64,000 nucleotides of DNA from an uncultured Gammaproteobacteria bacterium. GTDB lineage: Bacteria; Pseudomonadota; Gammaproteobacteria; UBA9214. Below the pieces are notes generated by a model, which was not told the origin of the DNA, searched no databases, and saw nothing but the letters and a program-made list of their open reading frames with translations. The stretch covers positions 32,001 through 96,000 of the forward strand of contig CAVYZN010000014.1 of NCBI GenBank assembly GCA_963773065.1, in the 5' to 3' direction. This document shows positions 49,536-57,619 of the stretch, in pieces; the first letter of the stretch is position 1, and every line of letters begins with the position of its first letter. Made by a program: the position numbers and the translations under genes.

Positions 49536-49906
49536 GCAATTAAGAAACGCGGACCGTGGCCGAACTCACCGCGCTCCTCGTTGCCGGCCGGCGTCGGGGA
49601 AAACCCTTATGCCGGTTCGGGCAAGACCCAATATCTAAAACGATCCAACCCTCCTATAAAGTAAGGGTCAGCTCTCACGTCTCAGTCCTCCGTCGCTCGC
49701 AAGCGATAAGTCGGCACGGTTTTGCTGAGGAGAGATGACGCGAGTGCTCAAGGGACTTGTAACCCTACTTGAAACAAATCATCACCCATCCTAACGAGGA
49801 GTAAGGACATGAAACACACATTGATAAATCAAGCCAGGCGGGCCGGCATAGCGCTCGCGGCGGTGGCCGCCTTCTCGGCGCTCGGGACCGGCACCGCGCA
49901 GGCCGC
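49536..49906 (+). repeat. Leader module copy 1 (operator/promoter, structured 5'UTR, RBS, signal-peptide codons)
   Basis: Near-identical to 50551-50801, 53394-53750 and 54460-54840. Confidence 0.97.
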
Positions 49907-50406
49907 CGACCTTTACCACCGCCGATATCAGCATCAACAGCGTCGGTTTCATCGATTGTTCCTTCAAGGAGACGGGGCTCGGCGCCGGTGCGACGGTCAA
50001 CTACACTTGCAATGCGACGGACGTCGGTTGGTTGACCCAATGCTTCGTCAGGAATAAGCCCGTGAGCAACATCGCGCCCAGGCTGCATGTCGCCCACAAC
50101 GCTGACGGCCTGACGACCACACAAGATCGCACTGCCACCAACCGAGGGACGATCACCTCTGCCATCCTGACCGCCTACCCCACCGCAGAAGAAAATCCGC
50201 TCGTTCCACCACTCTGCCCTGAAGTGGAAGGGGTGACGATAACCGAAGAGATCACCGCCATAAGGTGGTGCAATGCCTCGCTGGCGGATACGACTAACGT
50301 TATCACGGGCGCTTCGGAGCCTACATTGTTCCTGCAGATCAAAAGAAATGGCAGCGGCACCGTGCCCGACTGCGGCGCCTTGGCGGGAATGCCAAGTGAC
50401 TTTTAA
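49809..50406 (+). CDS. Secreted 6-Cys protein, paralogue 1 (frameshift near 49908)
   Basis: Same signal peptide as 53646/54733; second frame IDCSFKETGL..YTC..TQC..KP..LC..RWCNASL.D.TN..TGA..PDC. Confidence 0.85.
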
Positions 50407-50472
50407 GCCGGGCCGGGTGGGTACGCGCTGTTCGTGTCCCGACAACACCGGTTAATCCATCAACCTGATGCC

Positions 50473-50506
50473 ACCGCCCAATCCCTCGGGATTGGGCGGT
50501 TTTTTT
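50473..50506 (+). terminator. Rho-independent terminator (repeated after each 6-Cys gene)
   Basis: ACCGCCCAATCCC-tc-GGGATTGGGCGGT plus T run. Confidence 0.9.
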
Positions 50507-50550
50507 ATGGGCGGTGATTTTTTGCCGCTCAGGGTCAGGTCTTGAATTAA

Positions 50551-50801
50551 CACCACGCTCCTCGTTGCCGGCCGGCGTCGGGGAAAACCCTTATGCCGGT
50601 TCGGGCAAGACCCAATATCTAAAACGATCCAACCCTCCTATAAAGTAAGGGTCAGCTCTCACGTCTCAGTCCTTCGCTCGCAAGCGATAAGTCGGCACGG
50701 TTTTACTGAGGAGAGATGACGCGAGTGCTCAAGGGACTTGTAACCCTACTTGAAACAAATCATCACCCATCCTAACGAGGAGTAAGGACATGAAACACAC
50801 A
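50551..50801 (+). repeat. Leader module copy 2 (identity ends at ATGAAACACACA)
   Basis: Direct sequence comparison with copy 1. Confidence 0.97.
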
Positions 50802-52339
50802 CAATATCGATACAAGGCACGAGCGCCCAAGGCACTCGTCAGTGCAATGGCCACAGGGCTGATCGCCTTCGCCGGCGTGACGTCGGCCGCGCCGTATACA
50901 ATCAGCAACGTCCTCGTCCCCCCCGACCAGTTTTCTGGCGAAGCGGGCACCACGTCGGCGCCGGTCTGGAAGCCGCACGAAACCGACTCTGCGGCGACGC
51001 CCACGTACTGGATCTCCAGCAACGAGCGCGGCTCTGAGGATGGCCCCCCGGACAGGACAACTCAGTTCACCAACATGGCCGGCATCTCGATCTTCGCGTA
51101 CGGCACCAACGCGGTCCTGTCGACGCTCAACATCGAGGAGCGCCTGCATCCCGGTGGTCTTGCCCGACGGCACGCTGATGAAGACAGTTCGGTGGCTGCG
51201 CGCCTCCGGGAGCCGAAGGTCATCCGCGCCATCCGCACGGCATCGACATCGACGATGCCAAGAAGATCGCCTATCAGGTGATCGAGCATTCAGGTCTGCA
51301 ATGGAATGCGACCCGCACCGGCTTTAAGAAAGCGACCACGACCGATGCCGAGTCCGGACTTCTCGTGGCCTATGACATTAGTGATCTCTCCAACCCGAAG
51401 ATCCTCCGAGGCTACGTGACCGGTCATGCCGCCGAGGAGGACGTGGTGAATACGATCAACCACAAGATCTACGTGGGCAATCACGAGCCTTCGCCGACCA
51501 ACGTAAAGTGCTTCGTGTCCGTGTTCGACCCCAGTGTGGCGCATCCTTACAAGTTCATCGATCTGCCCGGCACTGACTGCGTGCAGGGTGTGGGCTTCGA
51601 CCCGGGGTTGAACCAGGTGAATGGCACCACGCACTTCGGCCAGAAGATGTACACCTTCAACAGCGCCACCGACACCGTCGCCTATTCGGTCAACATCCGT
51701 CCGGCATTCGATGCGTTCGTCGCCAGCCTGCCGCCGTCCCAGCAGTTCACGATTCCGGCCGACTGGATAATCCACATGCACGACCTGACCACCGACCGGG
51801 TGAATCATCGCGCGTATCAGACGATTCACACGATCGCCACGGCCGAAGAGGTTACCGCGGAGGATGAGGAGGGGGCCGCTACGACAAGCGAGGATGAAAT
51901 CACCGGCCGTTGGGTAGCGGAGGTCAACACCAATCCGGCGGACGTAGCCAACTTCAAGAAGGTGCGCATCATCGATCTGTCCAATGGCCAGTCGGTGCCT
52001 CAGTTCCCGACGCATGATGACGCGGTCGACTCGGGTCTGCCCTTTAACCAGCTCTTCATCCACGCGCACTTCCTCGACGTCGATCCCGCGCGTAACGCGC
52101 TGCTCGTGAGTGGCGAGCATACCGGCAATCTCGCGGTCGTCAACGTCCCCGCTTCGTGGGTGGCGCCGCGGACTCTGACGCAGGTGCTCTCGATCTCGCG
52201 TCTGATTCCGAACTGCACGCCGGACGAGCTCGAGCCGCATTTGCATGGCGTCAACATCCAGGGCACGACCGGCACGGCCTACATCAGCGACGAGGGTGAG
52301 CATTGCTTCTACGAGTCGGTGACGATCCTGCAGCCTTAA
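50790..52339 (+). CDS. Secreted His-rich putative beta-propeller protein (frameshifts at ~51140-51185)
   Basis: Signal peptide; blade-like repeats with HPHGIDID, HMHDLTTD, HAHFLDVD, HLHGVNI; 'KIYVGN', 'AYISDE'. Confidence 0.7.
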
Positions 52340-52380
52340 CACCGGTGGTTGGCAGTTGCATTGTCTGTTAGGTAGTCCAC

Positions 52381-52416
52381 ACCAGGCCGGGCGTGACGCC
52401 CGGCCTGGTTTCTTTT
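52381..52416 (+). terminator. Rho-independent terminator
   Basis: ACCAGGCCGGGCG-tga-CGCCCGGCCTGGT plus TTCTTTT. Confidence 0.85.
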
Positions 52417-52429
52417 CCCGAGAAGAGAG

Positions 52430-53206
52430 ATGATTACCGCATGTTTTCAACCGGGATCAGATTTTTTCCAGAGACGGTGTCGCGTCCGGAAGCGATGGCT
52501 GGTGCTGGCTGCGGTGCTGTCGCTGACGCTGGTCGGCGCGGGGAATAGCGCGCAGAGTTCTTCCGGCGATTCGGGCGTACCCGCGGCGCCCGAGCCGTCG
52601 TCAGAGCCGATGACTCCGCCTCAGGCGGGCGCGTCGCCACCGGCGGACGGCGCCTTACTCACGGGTACGATACTCTCCAGCAAGTCGGCCGACGCTCGAA
52701 CCATCATCTCCGATAGGCGCGGTCGCCAATGGGTCTACGCCCGCGGGGACGAGATCGCGGACGGCGGAGAGGTGGTCGAAATCCATAGGGATTACGTCGT
52801 CGTGCGGCGCGGCGGGCGCCTGGAGACGCTCGATTTTTCGTGGAACGCGGCGACTCGCATGTTCGAGCACGCGACACCGGGCGCGGCTCAAGCAACGCCG
52901 CCCGAGGATTATCGCGAGGTTTTGCGACACGCAATGTTCACCCACCCGGAGCTGTTGCTCCAATTGGTGGGGGCGACCGCCGTCGTCGAAGGCGGACACT
53001 TCCGCGGCTACCGCGTGATGCAACCCGAGGACCCCACGTTTCTCGAGTCTCTCGGCCTCAAGCCCGGCGATATGCTGACCGCGGTCAATGGGGCGCCGCT
53101 CGATACTCCGGATTACGGCGCCCAGGTGCTCGACGCCGTGACCGGTACCGGGGTACTGACATTCACCGTCCAGCGCGGCGGTCAAGTTCTGGTCGTGAGC
53201 GATTGA
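52430..53206 (+). CDS. gspC: Stand-alone type II secretion GspC-like protein (TM, HR domain, PDZ)
   Basis: 'LTGTI..S....TII....Q.VY..GDEI..G..V.EIHRDYVVV.RGGRLETL' plus 'GYRV....LGLKPGD..TAVNG..L...TVQRGGQ'. Confidence 0.82.
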   Translation: MITACFQPGSDFFQRRCRVRKRWLVLAAVLSLTLVGAGNSAQSSSGDSGVPAAPEPSSEPMTPPQAGASPPADGALLTGTILSSKSADARTIISDRRGRQWVYARGDEIADGGEVVEIHRDYVVVRRGGRLETLDFSWNAATRMFEHATPGAAQATPPEDYREVLRHAMFTHPELLLQLVGATAVVEGGHFRGYRVMQPEDPTFLESLGLKPGDMLTAVNGAPLDTPDYGAQVLDAVTGTGVLTFTVQRGGQVLVVSD

Positions 53207-53254
53207 CTGACTACGAAACCATCTCACTGAGATTAATAGATGTACGTCTGCGCC

Positions 53255-53430
53255 ATGATATGGCGCAACATGAAAAAACCATCGAATGCCTCAATTCGTT
53301 GACACCGCGCAAAACCGAGGTGCCGGACTCGGCATCAGCGTAAGTACTCTAGAGGTTCACCGCACCCGGGGCATGCAAAAATGGCCGTAACTTCCGTGGC
53401 CGAACTCACCGCGCTCCACGTTGCCGGCCG
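53255..53430 (+). pseudogene. Decayed C-terminal HTH of a FixJ-type regulator, merging into leader copy 3
   Basis: Fragments 'LNSLTPRKTEV', 'LGISVSTLEVHR', 'KMAVTSVAEL' parallel 49260-49425. Confidence 0.75.
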
Positions 53431-53750
53431 GCGTCGGGGAAAACCCTTATGCCGGTTCGGGCAAGACCCAATATCTAAAACGATCCAACCCTCCTATAAA
53501 GTAAGGGTCAGCTCTCACGTCTCAGTCCTTCGCTCGCAAGCGATAAGTCGGCACGGTTTTGCTGAGGAGAGATGACGCGAGTGCTCAAGGGACTTGTAAC
53601 CCTACTTGAAACAAATCATCACCCATCCTAACGAGGAGTAAGGACATGAAACACACATTGATAAATCAAGCCAAGCGGGCCGGCATAGCGCTCGCGGCGG
53701 TGGCCGCCTTCTCGGCGCTCGGGACCGGCACCGCGCAGGCCGCGGCCTTT
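53394..53750 (+). repeat. Leader module copy 3
   Basis: Direct sequence comparison. Confidence 0.97.
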
Positions 53751-54218
53751 GCCAGCGCCAGTATCAGCCTCGACACTGCCGGCGCCCTCACTTGTAAATT
53801 TAGGGAGACGGGGCTCGGCGCCTTTGCGCAGATCAGCTACACCTGCGGAGCGGAGGCCCTCGGTGTGGTGTCAGGATGCTACGTAAAAAATAAGTTCGTC
53901 GGACCCACCGCGGTGTCTGTTTTCAAAGATGTGAGCAGCCAAGAAGAAGAAGGAGAACCAACAATGCTCATCGCCAAGAGCAACGGGACGATCAACACCA
54001 CACTCACGGCGGAAGTACCCGAATCAGAAGGCGGGGAATTCTGCACCGAACCCGCGGAGGCACGTACTGTCGCCGTGAGGTGGTGCAATGCCTCGCTGGT
54101 GGATGTGACGAACAACATCACGGGCGCCTCGGTGGGTGAGTTGTTCGAGCAGCTTGAAAGTACTGGCACCGCGGCAGTCGTCGTGCCTTCGTGCGCCGAG
54201 TTGCTGGCAACCCCATAA
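53646..54218 (+). CDS. Secreted 6-Cys protein, paralogue 2
   Basis: Intact 190 aa; Sec signal ..TAQA; six Cys aligned with paralogues. Confidence 0.9.
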   Translation: MKHTLINQAKRAGIALAAVAAFSALGTGTAQAAAFASASISLDTAGALTCKFRETGLGAFAQISYTCGAEALGVVSGCYVKNKFVGPTAVSVFKDVSSQEEEGEPTMLIAKSNGTINTTLTAEVPESEGGEFCTEPAEARTVAVRWCNASLVDVTNNITGASVGELFEQLESTGTAAVVVPSCAELLATP

Positions 54219-54291
54219 GCCGGGTAGGGTAGGTTAGGCACGCGCTTTTCGTGCCCCGGTGAAACCGGTCAACCCAGCAAGCTGCTGATGC

Positions 54292-54325
54292 AACCGCCCA
54301 ATCCCTCGGGGTTGGGCGGTTTTTT
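54292..54325 (+). terminator. Rho-independent terminator
   Basis: AACCGCCCAATCCC-tc-GGGGTTGGGCGGTT plus T run. Confidence 0.9.
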
Positions 54326-54459
54326 ATGCCGCCTCAGGGTCAGGTCTTGAATTAACACATTCTTTAAACGAAAATCCGTTGCGGTGGCGGCGTGGAAATC
54401 CGCTCCGCGCGAAGCGAAGACCTTGTTGAAACTCCCTGCGTTACCTCTAATGCCCCGGC

Positions 54460-54840
54460 GCAATCAAGAAACGCGGACCGTGGCCGAACTCACCGCGCTC
54501 CACGTTGCCGGCCGGCGTCGGGGAAAACCCTTATGCCGGTTCGGGCAAGACCCAATATCTAAAACGATCCAACCCTCCTATAAAGTAAGGGTCAGCTCTC
54601 ACGTCTCAGTCCTCCGTCGCTCGCAAGCGATAAGTCGGCACGGTTTTGCTGAGGAGAGATGACGCGAGTGCTCAAGGGACTTGTAACCCTACTTGAAACA
54701 AATCATCACCCATCCTAACGAGGAGTAAGGACATGAAACACACATTGATAAATCAAGCCAGGCGGGCCGGCATCGCGTTCGCGGCGGTGGCCGCCTTCTC
54801 GGCGCTCGGGACCGGCACCGCGCAGGCCGCGGCCTTTACC
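54460..54840 (+). repeat. Leader module copy 4
   Basis: Direct sequence comparison. Confidence 0.97.
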
Positions 54841-55308
54841 AGCGCCACTGTCACGCTCGACCGTTTCGGCAACCTCGAATGTACGCTCAGGGAGACGGGG
54901 CTCACCCCCGGTGGGCAGGTCAGATACGACTGCACATCGAATTATGTCGGTGTCCTGCAACAATGCATGTTAAAAAATAAGGCCGTGGGGAACAGCAAGC
55001 TGCTGATCTTCCAAGATATCAGTGGCGAAGAAGTAGAAAACTTCGATGTCAGTAGAAACGGGCAGGTCAGAACAGCAATCATTACGCAAATACCCGAATC
55101 TGAAAATAACGCACTACTCTGCACGGCACCCTCGGAGCTAACAACAACCGCCGTGAGGTGGTGCGGTAACTCGCTGGTGGATCTGACTAACAATCTCACG
55201 GGCGCTACGGTGGCTGAATTGTTCACGCAGCTAGTACCTAATGCCTCCGGCAGCGTACCTTCGTGCGCCGTCTTGGCGAATGGGCCCTTTGAGACACCGG
55301 GCGAATAA
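54733..55308 (+). CDS. Secreted 6-Cys protein, paralogue 3
   Basis: Intact 191 aa; same signal peptide and Cys pattern. Confidence 0.9.
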   Translation: MKHTLINQARRAGIAFAAVAAFSALGTGTAQAAAFTSATVTLDRFGNLECTLRETGLTPGGQVRYDCTSNYVGVLQQCMLKNKAVGNSKLLIFQDISGEEVENFDVSRNGQVRTAIITQIPESENNALLCTAPSELTTTAVRWCGNSLVDLTNNLTGATVAELFTQLVPNASGSVPSCAVLANGPFETPGE

Positions 55309-55373
55309 GCCAGGCAGGGTCGGCACGCGCGTTTCGTGGCCCGGCGAAACCGGATAATCCATTAACCTAATGC

Positions 55374-55410
55374 AACCGCTCAATCTCTCGGGGTTGGGCG
55401 GTTTTTTTTT
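55374..55410 (+). terminator. Rho-independent terminator
   Basis: AACCGCTCAATCTC-tc-GGGGTTGGGCGGTT plus T run; variants keep G-U pairing. Confidence 0.88.
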
Positions 55411-55427
55411 GGGCAATGATTTCGAGA

Positions 55428-55503
55428 AATGGGGACATTCTGGTTTACCAACCATGGTGCCAGCAGGCTGGGATGAATATCGAAAAACCAGAATGTCCCC
55501 ATT
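55428..55503. repeat. REP-like inverted repeat AATGGGGACATTCTGGTTT...AAACCAGAATGTCCCCATT
   Basis: Perfect 19-bp inverted arms. Confidence 0.85.
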
Positions 55504-55559
55504 ATTCCCGGATGAACGAAAAGATCAGCTAATCCGGGATGGAGGAGCAGGTATGAACA

Positions 55560-56246
55560 ATGCCAGATCAACCGATCCTAGTATGGCTTTCCGCTTTTCC
55601 TGCACTGGCGGCGATACAGGACGAGGCCTGGCTGGATGCGCTGCGCGCCGCCAAGGAAGTGCTGATGCCACCCCGGACGGTGGTGATCCGCCCGGGCGAT
55701 CCCTGTCAAAACTTTCTCCTGGTCACGCGGGGCACGGTGCGCGTCTATGAAAGCTCGGAATGCGGGCGTGAAATCGGGCTTTACCGGACCGGCGGCGGCG
55801 AACTCTGCATCCTGACGCTGACCAACCTGCTCGCCGGCACGGACTACGCCGCCGAAGCCGTGACCGAAGATGAAGTAGCCGCGGTTTTGATCCCCATGCT
55901 TTATTTCCAGAACGCCATGGCCCGGTCGGATGCCTTCCGCAACTTCATCATGGCCACGCTCGCGCGCCGCCTGAGCGACGTCATGCGGGTGGTGGAGCAG
56001 GTGACCTTCCAGCGTCTCGATCTGCGGCTCGCCTGCCTGCTCGGCCAGCTCTTCGAGCGCAACAGGTCGAACGCCATCTCGATGACTCACGAGGAGCTGG
56101 CGCGCGAACTGGGCACGACGCGCGTCGTGGTCAGCCGCATGCTCAAGGAGTTCGAGCGCATGGGTTGCATACGCCTGCAACGGGGCCAGATCGAGCTGTT
56201 GTCACCCGAGGCGCTGGCGCGATTGTCGCGCGACAGCGCCGCATGA
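55560..56246 (+). CDS. Crp/Fnr-family transcriptional regulator
   Basis: cNMP-like domain (GTVRVY..GREI.LY..G.GELC), HTH 'THEELARELGTTRVVVSRMLKEFE'. Confidence 0.93.
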   Translation: MPDQPILVWLSAFPALAAIQDEAWLDALRAAKEVLMPPRTVVIRPGDPCQNFLLVTRGTVRVYESSECGREIGLYRTGGGELCILTLTNLLAGTDYAAEAVTEDEVAAVLIPMLYFQNAMARSDAFRNFIMATLARRLSDVMRVVEQVTFQRLDLRLACLLGQLFERNRSNAISMTHEELARELGTTRVVVSRMLKEFERMGCIRLQRGQIELLSPEALARLSRDSAA

Positions 56247-56285
56247 CTTTTTTGCAGCGATGGCCATTGAATTAAAAACGACCTA

Positions 56286-56301
56286 TGTAACCTTTGTTGC
56301 A
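56286..56301. promoter_or_regulatory. Candidate Crp/Fnr-type operator TGTAAC-N4-GTTGCA
   Basis: Near-palindrome 40 bp after the regulator; similar site at 59435-59450. Confidence 0.5.
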
Positions 56302-56667
56302 GACACGACCGCAATATCTTCTGCATTATAAGCCCCGCTTAGTTGCATGAGTTCGTGACGCGCAAATCACGAACGCTTTTCCGCTGGAACCGCCGCAAAG
56401 ATAAGTTAGGCAGAATCTGCACCCAAGCCTAGGCCATGGTGTTTATCGGGATGCAAGGCTGGCGCAGGAGATAACACCATAATGAAAGCGGCAGAGTCGA
56501 TTGCACTATCCATCTTCATTATGCGGCAACCAGTAGGACCTGCGAGTAGGCGCATCGGCCTGCCGGTGTTTCACCTCGCCTCTGTTACCGCGGGCGGGTT
56601 TTTAACCCCGGCACAGGCAGCCGCCTGTGACGGATACCTAAATACACGACTAGGAGAAATTAGTTAT

Positions 56668-57446
56668 ATGAAGACGTTCAAGAAAACCGCGCTGGTTGCC
56701 TCGATCCTGGCGGCGACGCTCACCTTCGGTCAGGCTGGCCATGCCACGGCTGCCACAACACGGGACAAGGTTCCATAAAGCAGCTCACCGGCATAGACGA
56801 GATTACCACCACCTTCGTCACCAAATCGAAAATCACCGGGTCGCTTGAAAAAGACGCCAACGGCAATCTCGCCATGGATGCCAACGGCAACTTCAAGTTC
56901 AACTTTTCGGGCGACATCTACTATCCCATGACCAACCTCCAGAACGGCGAACTCAAATCACTCTACGGTCCCACGGGCACCGTCTCGGGTCAGGCCGCTT
57001 TCCCGCCTGCTTTCGCCGGCCTTGCCATCCAGATTTACGGTTGGCTTCAGAACGGCGCTGACCCTTCCCAGATGCCGGCCATCCCCGCGAAAATTGACTG
57101 GACCCTGAACGACATCACCATCGTCGAGGCCGGCACCACCTATAGGCCCATCCCTACCCCCGGTATGACACTGGAGGGACGCGCCTTCACGGGTCTCGGG
57201 CCGGTGGAAATCGGCCAGCTCTTGAACGGGTCCAACGGTCTCAGCATGAGCGTGCGCATGGGCGGTTGTTTCGCGGTGCAGGCGGTAAGCGGGCCGCATG
57301 CGGGTATGATCGGTACCTATTGCCTGAACAGCACCTTTACCTTCGATTTGTCGGGCATCAATCTGTCGAACCCGATGACCTCCACGCTCAATGGCACCGG
57401 CACTTCCAACTGCTGGACCGTGATTCACCAGCCGATGACGCCGTAA
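56668..57446 (+). CDS. Secreted hypothetical protein (frameshift near 56760)
   Basis: AGGAG RBS, MKTFKKTALVASILAA signal; continues in the 56874 frame; 3 Cys near the C-terminus. Confidence 0.75.
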
Positions 57447-57464
57447 AGAGTTTTTGTCGGAACC

Positions 57465-57562
57465 GGAAGCCGGTGCCTTGGGTGCCGGCTTCCTTCGATT
57501 TCACCTCAATCCATAAAAAACCGCCGGGGCGGGTTGCAAGGCAAGCCCGATCCCCGGCGGTT
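57465..57562. terminator. Two hairpins between convergent genes
   Basis: GGAAGCCGG..CCGGCTTCC and AAAAAACCGCCGGGG..CCCCGGCGGTT. Confidence 0.75.
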
Positions 57563-57619
57563 CAAGTTTTTACTACTTTGAATGCTTCCCGGTCCGTCTT
57601 ATCGCGCTTTGTAGCCCCA

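Noticed and set aside
49556-54662. Repeated 60-92 aa ORFs 'AELTAL..AGRRRGKPLCRFGQDP'
   Set aside because: Translations of the repeated leader / regulator-tail remnant with no RBS; treated as non-coding.
49536-55410. CRISPR array, integron or DGR as explanation of the repeats
   Set aside because: Repeats are 250-370 bp with gene-sized inserts; no cas, intI, attC pattern, reverse transcriptase or adenine-specific TR/VR pair is visible.
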